A DNA stretch of 63,519 bases, the filler included, from Olpidium bornovanus S191 (taxonomy: Eukaryota; Fungi; Olpidiomycota): the NCBI GenBank assembly GCA_017911155.1. It is 29 parts of 29 records of this genome, joined end to end, with 100 filler letters (N's around TTAATTAATTAA, not from the genome) between each part and the next. Parts side by side here need not be neighbours in the genome. Positions count along the whole stretch, not along the records: positions 1 to 1,269 come from JAEFCI010010543.1; positions 1,370 to 5,656 come from JAEFCI010009477.1; positions 5,757 to 7,062 come from JAEFCI010002244.1; positions 7,163 to 8,564 come from JAEFCI010000329.1; positions 8,665 to 11,075 come from JAEFCI010009039.1; positions 11,176 to 13,347 come from JAEFCI010007720.1; 23 more parts are not named here. The stretch is one strand, 5' to 3'. This document shows, piece after piece, positions 1 through 12,992 of this stretch (the first letter of the stretch is position 1; each line of letters opens with the position of its first letter). The translations under genes and the position numbers were made by a program. A model generated the notes under the pieces. That model searched no databases. It worked only from the letters and a program-made list of their open reading frames with translations, and had not been told where the DNA came from.

Positions 1-1
1 C

Positions 2-325
2 ATGCCCGTCGCCCCGTCGCCCGCCCAGGTCGCCGACGCGCTGCGCGCTTTCGTCCCGGAGGCCGTGACGCTGGGATGCCCCTCCGCGCCCGCGGCCGCC
101 GTCGTCGTCCAGGAAGACCCCGATCGCCCGCAGCCGCGGCTCGACCGAAACGCGGGCGGCGGAAACTCCGTGACCGTCGGCCGCATTCGGCCGTGCAACA
201 TCCTCGACGTGAAATTCACGCTCCTTGTCCACAACACCATCCTCGGCGCCGCCGGCAGCGGGATCCTAAACGCGGAGCTCGCCCTCGCGAAAGGATACCT
301 CTCCCCGCGACCTCGTTCAAATTGA
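2..325 (+). CDS. HOM2: Aspartate-semialdehyde dehydrogenase, C-terminal part (5' truncated)
   Basis: [53 protein letters not shown] matches the eukaryotic ASADH C-terminus; stop at 323-325. Confidence 0.93.
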   Translation: MPVAPSPAQVADALRAFVPEAVTLGCPSAPAAAVVVQEDPDRPQPRLDRNAGGGNSVTVGRIRPCNILDVKFTLLVHNTILGAAGSGILNAELALAKGYLSPRPRSN

Positions 326-1269
326 TCATGGCGCCTCGCGTGCGGGAGGGGGGTCCCGTCATGACACTTCTGCCGCCGCTCCGCTGATCGTTATTGACAA
401 CACCAAAAGGGGTTGAACTGTGGTTTCGCCGCCTGTTTCCCTTTCCCCTCGTTTCTATTATTTTCCGGCACATGCCATAGACGTCGACTGCATGGAGAAG
501 GGAGTCGTAAAAAAAAAGGAGATCTATCAACGCGTGGGGATTTTTCAGACGGCGGCGATGCGTTTGAACTGTGCAGGGCCAATGTTGATGTGACAGGTGA
601 CATAATATTGTGCACGTGATGACGTGTCACTTACCATTCGCCGCAAAAATCTTGCCAAGCTGAACGCGGTTGACGTATCACGGCAGGCATCAGCAGAAGA
701 TGCGTTGATTACCAATGGGAGCCACTTTCTGGATCATAGGTGACCACTGGAGGCGGGCATCTGCGGATAGATTGTTGCCAATTGGGGCCAGTGCAAGGCA
801 GGCACCTGAAGGTATACGACTGCCAAGTGCGGCCAATTCAGATTTAGAATCAAGGCAGTCGCCTGGAAGTTTTGCTGAAAGAGGCCAACTCAGGGGCGCC
901 GCCCCAGAAAGAAGCGCATTACTGCCAATTGGGCACGCGCCTGGAAATGCGTTACTGCCAATGGAGGGCCAGCTCACGGCAGGCACCCGGAGGTGTATTA
1001 TTGCCGATGACTCGCCGGGGATCTCCCGCCCCGCTCTATGTTCTAATCCGGTCCGTGGGGGATTCTACCCGCGTTCCCGCCTCTAAACAAAAATGCCTAA
1101 GCAAAAACTCGTACGGCGAACGCAAACGGTACGTAACAGTGGACGCAACGCCCAGGTCCTTCTCCCCAGGAGAGATTTACGCCGGAGAAAGAAAAAAAAA
1201 ACAACTTCTTATTCGCGGTTTCGCGGGCGCGGCTGCAGCGTCCCCGACCAGACGAACAGAATCGGGGGG

Positions 1270-1369
1270 NNNNNNNNNNNNNNNNNNNNNNNNNNNNNNN
1301 NNNNNNNNNNNNNTTAATTAATTAANNNNNNNNNNNNNNNNNNNNNNNNNNNNNNNNNNNNNNNNNNNN
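1270..1369. other. Artificial contig spacer (44N-TTAATTAATTAA-44N), first of 28
   Basis: Identical 100-nt spacers start at 1270, 5657, 7063, 8565, 11076, 13348, 15187, 18004, 20487, 24882, 28435, 29543, 30828, 32317, 35513, 37297, 40335, 41576, 43891, 46040, 47880, 49169, 51049, 53352, 57001, 58123, 60387 and 61611. The core places stops in all six frames. Confidence 0.99.
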
Positions 1370-1494
1370 CATGAGGAGAGTTAAGCCCTCGAATAAGTCC
1401 TTACAATTTAGGTACTGATCGTTTACATCTTTTTTACTTCAAAAATTGTCATATTTTTGGCCGTCGTCGGTCTGGAGCTTCCTGGGGACCTTAA

Positions 1495-1790
1495 AGGTAC
1501 CATCACCCTGAGAACAGCTTCCGGGTCCGGCGCCTCAAGCCTGGAAAGTTTAACGAAGCGGACGAAATCTGTTCCAAAGGTGGGCCCTGATTATCACGCG
1601 CAGTTACTGCGTTTCGCGCGTGTTGTCATCCAAGGTAGCATGGGAACGCCGATTTAAGCACCTCTATTCCGGCGGGCGGACCTTTCCCTTTTATCCGATC
1701 CCCAAAGGGTCTGAGCAGCTGGCAAAAGTTCGTGAGACCGTTCTCCTTGTCCAGCACGTCCGCATCAAGGACGAAACAACCGCGGGCACC
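1495..1790 (-). CDS. TRS85: TRAPP III subunit Trs85/TRAPPC8, N-terminal exons, with an apparent frameshift
   Basis: Manual minus-strand translation gives DADVLDKENGLTNFCQLLRPFGDRIKGK, a GT-AG intron, then VTARDNQG...VRFVKLSRLEAPDPEAV. This resembles the fungal Trs85 ELIRPFGERVSGKVVIRDS motif. Not in the ORF track. Confidence 0.72.
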
Positions 1791-2447
1791 TACAACACCT
1801 ATAACGCCTCAATTTCTTCTGCTGCTGCGCAGAATGTGATACTTCGGATATTTGGTTACGCCCGATACGTTGAAACCAGATCGTATCACCGACCACCATG
1901 TACTAAATCATGATCTGCCAACCGCCGTCTGCACAGGTACACTTTATCTGCCCAAGTTAACCAGGCCTCCCGTTGCGGACCGAGGCGGACGAGGCAATTT
2001 AGCGCGAATCTCTGCCGAGTATGCCGATTCTCGGACTGTTGACGGCGACGGCGGGATCGCCTCCGTAGCGCAGCCGACGGCACACCAAGAGGTAGATAAT
2101 AATTGACAGCCAAGTATATCTGGAAAGTTAGAATATTCGTATGCCAAAGTTTACTGTTTCATAGTTAAATTGTCATTGAGTTCTCGACGCTGAGCCCGAA
2201 CAAGGGGATGTCTGCAACTCTTAATTGCAGCAAGGTTGCCATGGAGCCAAGTTTGCACCGCGTTCTAGAGGTCCCCGAAGGGGGGAGACCTGAGGAGGCT
2301 GCGGCGGCGGGCCCGACGTGCACGAGGGGCGAGGGGCGCGTTCGGACGCGGCATGCGTGTCCGCAGGAAGGGGGAAGGGGAGGAGCCGGGTGTCTCTGGG
2401 GACGGCCTTCCCCGTGGCAACCGCCGGGGGGGCGGGGTCGGAGTTTG

Positions 2448-2450
2448 GGG

Positions 2451-2498
<48 letters not shown>

Positions 2499-2525
2499 GG
2501 GGGGGGGGGGGGGGGAGGGGAGGGG

Positions 2526-2535
<10 letters not shown>
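2448..2535. repeat. Poly-G tract
   Basis: About 85 nt of nearly pure G between the divergent TRS85 and Q-rich genes. Confidence 0.9.
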
Positions 2536-2557
<22 letters not shown>

Positions 2558-2976
2558 AAAAGGCGGCGTCCGTCCGTCCTGGGGGGGGGCGCGAGTTTTG
2601 AGGGACAGAGAGACAGAGAGGAACAGCGGGCACCGCACGCCCTCAGCCCGGGGGAAGAGAGAAAAAACGACGACGGAAAGAAGGGGAAAAAAAAAAAACG
2701 AACACGGCGAGGACGGCGAGGACACCAGGGGCGACCGCGAGGGACGAACGGGCGACAGACAGAGAGAGAGAGAGAGAGAGAGAGACAAAGAGTGATACAC
2801 AGGGGACTCCCCGCGCACTGCGGCTCCCCCCGCCCCCGCGGGTTTTTTCCACCCCAGGAGGGAGAACGAATTCGCGAACGCACACCACCGAGAGCAGGTT
2901 TTTCTCGCCCCACCCTACCGACCCCTCCCGGCTTGAACGTGTGCTACGCTTTTGGGCACCGGACGACGGGGCCGTC

Positions 2977-5656
2977 ATGGCGGTTCAGCTGGGCCCGCAG
3001 TGCCCGTTGTCCGTGCCGCTCCCCGCCCCGGAACCCCCTAGGCAGACTCCCCGCCTCGCACCCCAGGGTCCCCGGCAGCAGCACCAGCAGCAGCACCACC
3101 ACTACCGCCAACACCACCACCACCACCACCAACCCCAACAGCAACACCACCATCACCTCCAACAGCAACACCAGCAGCAGCAGCGCCAGCAGCACCCCCA
3201 GCAGCATCAGCCGCACCCGCAGCACCAGCCCTCGCAGTACCAGCACTCTCAGCAGCAGAACCGCAACTGGCCGCGCCAGGCCTCAGGCCGGAAACAGCAC
3301 CAGCACCAGCAGCGGCAGCATTACGAGAACCAACAACTACCGCTGCCGAACAACCAGGAGCAGTTGCAGGCCTCCCAGGGGAATACGGCCTCGCAATGCT
3401 GGCAGCCTCAGCCGCCTCTGGTTGACCAGCCCTGCGGCGGGGTCAACGCGTGCGGAACCAAACTGTCCGAAGGACAACCGGGTCCTTCCGGGGAATGCAT
3501 CGGAGACGGAGGCGGCCCGGTACCGCTGGGGAGCAGACATCAGCCGCAGCCGCAGCCGCAGCCGCCGCCGCAGCCGCCGCCGCCGCAGCTTCTGGCGCAG
3601 CAGCACCGCGCCCCACACCAGCGGTGTAACGCCCAGAATGCAGGCATCGGGGGCCGTTGGCAAGGAGCAGCACTCCAGAACCCCACCGTCGCAGCCGTTA
3701 CCCCCGGGTACATTCCCCGCGTCGCCCCGCCGCTTTTCCGCTGCAGCGGCAACTCTGGCGTCCAGCAGGCGCCAATATCTTTGCAGTCACACGCTCCTCC
3801 GCCGGCGCAGTACTACCATCATCAGCCAACCAACGCCGGAAGGTTCCCTCACGGAGGGCTGCAGTACGCCCCATTGAGCACTTCGGCGCCAATGGTCCGT
3901 CAGCTCGGAGGTTACCAGCCGACCCCCTCGCAGAGATTCATCGCAAACGCGAGCCAACCCCCGTCGCTTGACAACCTTCCGTTGCGCCTGCCTCCTGCCA
4001 TGCCCTGGCCACAGCCGGTGCCTGGCCTGAGCGTGTGTCAGGCGCGTTTGTATTCACAGGCTTCTGCACCGCGGGTAGATGAGCCGGCTTCGCAGGCTAC
4101 GAGAGACCGGCAGCCTGCGGTTGCTGTCGACAGGGCAAATCCAACGGGGCTCCAGAATAACGTCATCCTAGAAAAGGTAGGCGGCGGGGTTAAGCAGTAG
4201 AGAGGAGCGAAACCGCAGAATTCCGCTCTGGTGTCTAAAATCGATATTTGCGCAACAAAGCAAGAGACTTCTTTTGCAGAAATCGGTGCCGCGACTGGAG
4301 AGCAGTGCAATGCCAAGTCGGTAACAGCGGCTATTGAGCCTGATGGCGTTGCGACCGGAAGCCGGATTGCGGCGAAAGGAGACGACAGGAAGGCCGCCGG
4401 TGCCAACCTCGCCGAGAACCCGACAGGCTATAAGATTGTTTGGAATCTGGAGCCGCAGATGGATGTCAATAATGCTTTGGATTCGGAGCACCGGGAGGAT
4501 CGCAACGACGCCGTGAATCTCAAACACCAGCAGGATGTGAAAGATTCTTCCGGTCTGGAGTACAAAGAGGATGTCAAACACTTCCAGAATCCGGAGTGCC
4601 ACGGGGATGTTAAGGATGCCTCGAATCGGGGATACCAACAGGACGTTGATGCTGTGAAGCCAGTGCCCGACGGGGCGGAGGCCGAGTTAGCGCGCGGCAC
4701 ACGTTTGACTGCTAATCCGGAGCTCGCACTGGGCGGGAAGCCGAATAGACGACCCATCGTTGTCAAAAACGACCCACCGTCGGAAGCGGCTTCGCTCGTC
4801 GACACGACAAACCACCGCATACTCAGTAAGAGCCGCAAATCAAAATCCAACCGCCGGTCACCGAAGGGGACGGCTTGTGCGACGCATCTTGCCAGCAGGT
4901 CAGCCGACAAGCCGCCGGCGGCAGTGCCAGAGTCTCCTCAACACGCTTCCGCAGCTGTGCCGGACAGAGTGCGCAAGCCGGCTGGACACCCCGAGCAGCC
5001 GACAACTCCGGTGGTTGGTCGCAATTCGACTGGTAAATCCGCGACGATGGCTGAGCCTTTACTCCCTTCCAATTCTGCCGGCAATTCCGAGTCCGCTGTA
5101 ACGCACAAGAAAAGCCGCAAAAACAAACACAACCGCCGATCCCCGAGAAGAATCGTCGCCGAGCGTCCGGAGCCGGGGAAGACCGCTGGTTTGAAAAATT
5201 TGGGGTCGCGGCAAGATTCTGCTGTCGCGTTGGGCGAGAAGCCCGAAAGCGCGGCGGAAGTGGAAACGGCGATTGCTATGCCAATTGAGAGAACTTCGCT
5301 TGCTGTGAGTCGCCGCCCCGATTTTCCCGCCAAGAGGCGCAACCGTGTCCACAGTGAACGGCCGTTCCCGCCTACTACCCAAGAGAAGCCCCGCGAAGTG
5401 TCGCCGATAGAATCACTGTCAGATACTTGCTCAGGTGGGGCGCTCACGGCGGAAATGAACGCGACGAACGGGCCGGAGCGGATGCAGGCCAAGCTGGCGG
5501 ATGCCGTGGAGTCCCCATCGGGAACTGCCGACATTGCTGTGAGCGTACAACAAGAACAGGACATCCGTGTCGACCAAACTCCAGCGAAACCAACGGAGGT
5601 GGCGTCCGAACACAGCTTTCCGCCGGTTAGCTCCCCTACTGCGGATATTGTGCATG
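2977..5656 (+). CDS. Large low-complexity hypothetical protein (Q/H-rich N-terminus, S/P/E-rich C-terminus), 3' truncated
   Basis: ORFs 2941-4200 and 4231-5712 join in frame through a GT-AG intron at 4177-4218, which removes the TAG at 4198-4200. First ATG is at 2977. No family recognised. Confidence 0.6.
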
Positions 5657-7162
5657 NNNNNNNNNNNNNNNNNNNNNNNNNNNNNNNNNNNNNNNNNNNN
5701 TTAATTAATTAANNNNNNNNNNNNNNNNNNNNNNNNNNNNNNNNNNNNNNNNNNNNCGGAAACGGGGTTTCGCCAGCGCGACAATCCGGGGAGGGTCTCG
5801 CATAGTAAGTTTGAAGCGGCAAACGCGGGTTTCACACCCCTCCTCTCCGGCGCCCCGGCGCTTCTTCCCCGCCCGGTCGAAATAAGACCGCATCGCCTGT
5901 CAAACCTTCGGGGATATCGTTGCTTGCCCCGACTAATCGTCCATTGCTCTTCTCGAACTTTCCGCCGCGTCGAGCAAACAGAACACCTTATGTTGCCGAC
6001 GTCCACAACCGCGTCAGGCGCAAACGTCTTTTGCTCGCGCCAATCCGGCTTTTGGGCCGACGCGTTGACCGCCGCCGAAAGGTTCCCCATGCTGTAATGG
6101 AGGGAAGCTGAAATGACAACAACGAATGTTTCGGCAGTTTCAGGCCGCTGCCGCAGGGGTCCCGCATCGATCCCGCACACATGTCGTCCCGCACAATAGC
6201 AATCGCTGTACGGCCGACCGCCAGCGAAACGGAATATAGGACGTGTTAGCCCAATGACGGGACGATAGTGCTCAGAATGCGGGTTTGGGTAACGTTACTT
6301 CCGCGCGCTCGGGGCCGGGGCGGGGGATCTGGGCATGTGAGTCACAACTAAATTATCCGATCTACAGCTCCAGTAGTTGTGCGCAAAATGCTCGATGGGA
6401 CAAGGCTGCAGGGGCAAGCACACGGATGGCGTTCCTTGCGCAGCCTGCGCCGCCCAGGAGGCCCAGCACGAGCAGGGCGACCAGGTGGAGCCCCCGAGGG
6501 CGCGCTGCTAAACCGCTCTCGAGCCTGTGGCGGAGATATCGGCGCAATTCCCGCCCCCATGGACGAGGCCAGAATGATGGTTTGTGATGGCTGGAACCGG
6601 GGGTAAGCCTTGGGAAGGCCAATATATACGGGTTTCGAGAAGTCTGATGCTTTGGGCGTTGAAAGATAGAGAACCGGAGCGTTTTGCGGCCGCACTCTAC
6701 CCCACCTTTACTCATTTCCAGGGTCCTGAGTTGCGCGTTTTCAATTGCGGCGTTGATTTTTCCGGTGGGCGTTGCGGCGTTTGTGTCGGTTTCGGGTGTG
6801 GCAAAGGCTTATTAGCGTGGCCAGTTGCATCCTTTTGGGCGTTTTTCGTCGCGCGGATTTTGGTCTCCCGGACAAGTGTCGACTCCCGGGCGGGGCCGGG
6901 GTCGTGGTCGGGGCGAGGAGGGGGGAGAGGGGACGGGGGAGGAGGGGAAGAGGGGAGGGGGGAGGGTGGAGCCGATCGAGCCCGCCCGCAACCCCAACCG
7001 CCCGGGAGGGCGTCCCCGTTCCCCGCCGCTGCACAAAACTGCAGGCTTCCGTCGGCGGGCGCNNNNNNNNNNNNNNNNNNNNNNNNNNNNNNNNNNNNNN
7101 NNNNNNTTAATTAATTAANNNNNNNNNNNNNNNNNNNNNNNNNNNNNNNNNNNNNNNNNNNN

Positions 7163-8431
7163 CATGCGACCGGTCCTCCGCGGAGTTAGCCCGGCGTCTC
7201 GCAAGCCGGGCGTCGCAATGCTTTCCCTGGCGGTCCTCTGCTTCTCCCTCTCCTCTCCCTCCTGCTCGGCTCTTTTGCGCTCTTCCGTCGAGCGCTGGAG
7301 CTCTTCCTCCATCTGCGAGCAGGCCGCGCGCTCTCTTTGCCGCTTCTGCTTCTGAGCGTAGTTGGACTCCCGCACGGAAAAGAACATGGGCCCTGGGTGG
7401 AGAAACACCAACCCCAGCAAACGAAAGTCCGCCAAAACAAGGCTCAGCGTGCAACCCGGTAACGGGAGGTAAGACAGCAAACAAATAACGAAAAGACGGC
7501 GAGCACGGTCACTCACCGAGCTCCGCAAGCCAGTAAGGGTCGACGGCCGTCACGCACTGCATGTACTCCTTTGACGTCATGACCAGCTCGTGGTAAACGA
7601 TATAATCGGGCGTGTAACCGAGGCCGTACAGCGAGCTCGTAGGGTGAAGATGACACGGCATTCCCGTCCTGCAGTTGACGTACTCTCCGATTCCCTTTAA
7701 TCTCGCGGCCTGGTGGAAATACGCGGAGCAAACGCATTTTCTGATGAAAACCCGACAAAAGAGAGCGAACCGCGAGCAATTAGCGCCCGCCATGTTTTTG
7801 CAAGCGGCCGGGCGAATTGGCCCTGAACTTGCGCCTGCTCGACATCATTTGATTTTCCACGTACCTAATAACGTCCCAGTCGGACCCGCAACTGACGTAT
7901 GCGATTTTCTCCGCCTTCATGATGTCCATTAGCTGCTGCCGCACCTCCCGCGCCTTCCGCATGGCCTTGGGATGGATGAAATGCCGAGTGCACCACGCGT
8001 CACTGTAATTGTTGGACTTCCACTGGTTGTAAACATGAAGCAGTGTGAGGTGGTCGCTCTCTGGCACGAAGAACTTCTCCCGTGCCGCGTCAGACTCCTC
8101 CTGCCGCTCCTTCGGTCGGTAGAAGACCGTGGGCACAGACAACAGGGAGACGATGGTCTGGGCGAGGCAAACGGGAGATAAGAATTCCGTTAAAATCGAG
8201 TGCTCGTAAACGGCAAGAGATATTCGTGCAACAGTGAGGGGAGGGGTGGAATATCCGACAACGTACCAGGATTTCCGCGGTGCACTTGAGCTCCTCCGCG
8301 AAAAGTAGCATTTTGGACAACGCCGGGTCGAGCGGGAATTGGGACATTTTCCTGCCCATCGGCGTCAACTCGCCCGTGTTCCCAAAGGCCCCTTGTACCC
8401 ATAGCTGGTACATAGAGGTCAGAATGTTGTC
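7163..8431 (-). CDS. PRP16: DEAH-box splicing helicase Prp16/DHX38, C-terminal exons
   Basis: Exons 8431-8267, 8157-7865, 7740-7517 and 7392-7163, all with GT-AG borders. Motifs [67 protein letters not shown] and ATPG..TPRR. Confidence 0.95.
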
Positions 8432-9226
8432 CTGCCAAGGCGGAACAAATCAGAAAACCCGCCACACCAGGAATCCAGCAAAAAGGGGCAATATTTGCGT
8501 TCACAAGATGCAAAACGCTACCTGCGGCGGAGGGTCCATAAAATCAAAGTCAAGAAGATTGTCCNNNNNNNNNNNNNNNNNNNNNNNNNNNNNNNNNNNN
8601 NNNNNNNNTTAATTAATTAANNNNNNNNNNNNNNNNNNNNNNNNNNNNNNNNNNNNNNNNNNNNCTGTTAGATCCAATGGTGACGCAAACGGCCAGTATG
8701 GAGCTTCGTCACAAGCAACAAAGACAGTAGACGAGTTATCCGTCATTGTGCCTGGGTTACGATGGCATTTTCCGCCCGCGTCATGTATCCTAATTATTGG
8801 AATTCAACGCCGCCCGGCCCCTTGCCCCCCCCCCCCCCCCCTTCCCCTCTCCCCCAGTCCTCCTCTCCTTTCTGCCTTTTTGTGCATGACTCCTTCCCCC
8901 TCTCAAAAACAAGGAAAGACGGGCGGCCGGCGGCAGGCGAGCCGCCGGCCGCCGGCCGACGTCAAAAAAGAAAAAGGAACAAAGAAAAATACCTTTTTAC
9001 CCCGCGGCTCGCTGAGCCAAAACGGCGTACGCCGGCAGATGTCAAAAGAAATGAAAAAACAACAAATTTATTTGGCTTTTGAAGAAGAAGAAATATTGGC
9101 CACCGAACTTTTGTGCAGCTTTAAAGCGGTCCCGGGTGCCCAAAATTTCTCCCGTTCGGAGGCATATATAAGCCGGGAAAAATTGCGCCGCTTGCCAAAT
9201 TTGTGGAGAAGGGAGACTGTGCGGGC

Positions 9227-9260
<34 letters not shown>

Positions 9261-11175
9261 CAAGGCCCGGCGGGGCCTGGAGATCGCGCGAATTTGCTCG
9301 CCGGTTCAAAACTGCCAACTCCCAAGAGGCAGGCGCCACCAGGAGAACGTGTGCGCACACGGGCGGGGGGGCTCGTCAGAAGGGGTCGGGTTTTATTTTG
9401 TTTTTTTTTGCAGTCCAAGGCGAGGAGAGAGGGGGGGGGGGAAGCTCGAAAACTTTCGGTTCAGGATGCGGTTGCAAAAAAGATCGCTTGACCCAAAAGT
9501 GAGTGGAGTGGCGCTCCTGTGCGGTTCCAGTAAAGGGCACCGCGGGGCATTCGCCAGTTCCGAAAGAGCTGTTGGGGGGGACCTTTTTGAGAGGGACCAT
9601 GCCTGTCTCCTGTGGGGGCCTTTCCGGGAGTTTGTGTGAAAGCGACTTGCGCAGGAAAAAACCCCAACAAAAAGAAAACAACAAACGGGCCCGGTCTCCA
9701 GATGTTGGCACAGGTGAAGCGTCCTCCCCTCAGCCTTACCCGCCACACCCTCCCCCCCCCCCATTCTCCGAAAAAAAAGAGAATTGCGGTGGACAGCAGT
9801 GGGCAATCGTAAGGGCAGTACAATGCCCGGGCGTGCACCAGTACAAGAGCGAGGAATTTAACTTCCTGCCCTGATTGGCGATAACCGTTAGTTCCCGGGA
9901 GTCAGAGTAGGGGGGTTGCATCATTGCTACCACCGAAAGCCACGCCTTTGCTTGCTCTAACTAGGGACAGGGGGCCCTGATGGGAGGGGAGGGGAGGGGG
10001 GAGGGGCCGGCTGCCCACAAGCACACAGATCGCCCGGCCTGTCAGGGTCATGCCCGGGCCAACGGTGGCATCCAAATCGCCAGAGTCCACCCTGCAAACG
10101 CCACCGTCGCCCTGGTATTATCCGGTTTCTTGCCAAGCGAGATTTTCTTTTGGAACCGGCCCCTCCCCCGCCCCACTCCCCGTTTTTTTAATACTAATTT
10201 CTCCGCGTTCTTTTTTATTTTTATTTTATTTTATTTTGTTTATTTATTTATTTTTTTTTTTTTTTTGGGAAAGTCCGAGATTTCGAAAAGAAAACCGACC
10301 ACCTCTCGTTTCCGAATTTCGACTGAAATCCGTTCCTCGCAAAAGGTTGGCCGATCGAACCCGTTGCATTACTTTTCTGTACCTGTTCCTCCGGTTCGCT
10401 TCACAAGTCGTATTGGTCCCCCCCCTCCAACCACCACCACCCCGGATAAGGGAGGGGGTCGCCTGGATGGATCTACTGCTGCGGGGTAATTTACTGACAA
10501 GTGGTATTCGGAATCAGGGGAGTCGAGACGTGAGGCGGCCGCGCGCTCCTTTTTTTCTCCGTTGACAACCCTCCGGCGCTTCGTTCCCGAGGGGCTCGCC
10601 GCAGCGTGGGGGAAGGGACCGACAGCCTTTTCTTTGCTCGCCGGACCTGCGGCTTTGCTCGCCCGTCCGGCCTGTCGGCGTTCCGTTCCGGGGCCCAGGT
10701 CAGCTCGCACCAGGGCTGAGAGTTGTCCCTCGCAGTGCAATAGAATAATCCGCGCAGCGACAGTACGCACGTGCGCGCGCGGCTCACACGCCGAAATCAC
10801 CGAACTGGAAGTTCATTATTGCGGGCCGAAAAGCAACTTGCAGAAGGAGGAGGAGGAGGGGGGGGGGGGGGGGAGGGGGGGGGGGGGGGGGGGGGAAGAA
10901 AGCGGAGGGGGAAGGTTATCCGTCCAAAAAAACAAAACATTGCTGGGGCAAGCGGGCATGAAAAACAATTCGATGAGATAAATTAATCAGGTGAAAAAAG
11001 TCTATGAGTGCGATGTATGTTATGTGTTCTGCCGCGGGGGGCGCGGCGCGCCGTGTGTGCTTCGGGCGCCGAATANNNNNNNNNNNNNNNNNNNNNNNNN
11101 NNNNNNNNNNNNNNNNNNNTTAATTAATTAANNNNNNNNNNNNNNNNNNNNNNNNNNNNNNNNNNNNNNNNNNNN

Positions 11176-11290
<115 letters not shown>

Positions 11291-12279
11291 AAAACCTCAC
11301 GCCGCCCTCCCCCGCTTTCCCACACACACGCACACACGCACACGCACACACCGCACACCCCAGAAGTCAGAAAAAAAAAAAAAAGGAAAAGAAAAAGGGA
11401 AAAAACCCCCAAGTCCCAAGCCGGAAAGACCGTGGAAAAGCGGGGCCGGTGGTGGGGGCGCCCGGTGGGGTGAGGTGGGACGGGGACCGTCGGAAAACGC
11501 GGCCAACGAAGAAGTAACGGGAAGAAAAAGGGGTTAAAGAAAGGAAAAGGTCAGCTCCGCCTACTGCGCCCGGGACGGGGAAGAGTAAACGAGGCGGTGT
11601 GCCAGGCCGGGTGGTGGGCGAGGTTGGGCGGTGGCGGCGGTGAAAGGACGGAGTGGAGGCAGGGGGAAGGAGGAGGAAAACAAGCTCTCCCGTCCTTCCG
11701 GGGACGAAACAAATACAGGCTTTCCCGTCCAGCGGAGTCCGCATCTCCACCTCTCTCCCTCTCCAACCTTTTCCCCGGTGTGCGGGAGCTGCGCGGGAGG
11801 GATCGGCAGGGAGTCGTGTGGAGAGGAAGGGAGCGGCGGCGTCTTCAAGTCTGGGAAAGGGAGTGGAACGGGGTGGGAGCGCTGCCGAAGTTTCGAGAAG
11901 GAAAAAAGAAAACTTTGCCCGCCTGCGCTATTCAAATTTGGCGCATTCCCTTCCGGGCGGACATGGGCTGCCGCTTTCGCTGGGTAGTGGGGGGGTTGGC
12001 TTCCTCCCCCTTCACCTTTTCTCACGAAGCGAGGGCTTCCACCCTGTCTCTTCCTCTTTTCCGCCGCTTTTTGGCTTTCTATTTCTGTCCTTTCCGGTTT
12101 TGTTAGGCCCATGCGGGCGAACCGTGCAACACAGGAGAAAAAAACCAAGGAAAAGGAAAGAAAAAAAAGGGCACGCCCACTGTTCTAACTCCTTCTGTCC
12201 GGTCCTCGCCCGCCGCCCCCGGGGAACGAAAGAAAAAAGATACATAAAGCCAGGGCGTTGTTCCCTCCCCGCCCTCAAG

Positions 12280-12536
12280 ATGTCGGAGAAGAAGGTGGTC
12301 ATCAAAAACGCCGACATGGACGAGGAGGTCCAGCAGGTCGCGGTCGAAAACGCCACGCGGGCCCTCGAGAAGTACAACGTCGAGAAGGACATCGCCGCGT
12401 TCATCAAGAGGGAGTTTGACAAGAAGTACGGCGCCACCTGGCACTGCGTCGTCGGACGGAATTTCGGCTCGTACGTCACGCACGGTGGGTCCAGAAAGAA
12501 CGCTCGTTTGCCGAGAGCGGCAGCGGAGGGTCCCCT

Positions 12537-12578
<42 letters not shown>

Positions 12579-12992
12579 CCCGGGAAAACACCTGCATTGT
12601 GCTCGCCCGGGCACCGGCAGCCCAAAAAGGAAAAAGCGCGGCGGCCCCCGCCCCCCCCCCCCTTTTTTTTTCCCGCCTTCTCTTTGCTGTCTCTTTCTGT
12701 CGCGAAGCTTTTTTCTCGCGCGGGATGATGCCTGTTTTTTCCTCGCCCGACGTTTCTTTTCGCAAGGTTGTGTGCGCCAGGCGGTTCTGGGAGAACAATG
12801 CTCCTAACTGAGCGCACTTTCTTCTTTGGAAAACATACGACACGCGCACGCGCGCACACTCCTCCCCAATCTCTCTGGACGTCTCTCCCGCCGTTTCCGA
12901 ACGGGACGGGAATCCTCGTCAAGGCAGAAACCAAGCACTTCATATACTTCTACATTGACCAGATGGCGTTTCTGCTGTTCAAGTCCGGTTAA
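12280..12992 (+). CDS. DYN2: Dynein light chain LC8, complete (89 aa, 2 exons)
   Basis: Exons 12280-12484 and 12928-12992 give [13 protein letters not shown]...[24 protein letters not shown]...LLFKSG*. Confidence 0.97.

Noticed and set aside
1314-1325. Recurring TTAATTAATTAA as a CRISPR-like repeat or regulatory site
   Set aside because: It is always centred in an exact 44N+12+44N block, so it is an artificial spacer.
2165-2913. Long poly-G/poly-P ORFs, and similar ones at 11124-11506, 23801-24782 and 33019-33960
   Set aside because: Stop-free frames created by homopolymers and microsatellites; no protein-like content.
5757-6090. Possible spliced gene with a THEG-repeat-like peptide (PPRIVALAKPRF)
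   Set aside because: One short motif, and I could not build a consistent exon phase.
8665-11075. Possible decayed retroelement or gene
   Set aside because: Only faint RNase H-like resemblance; no collinear motifs.
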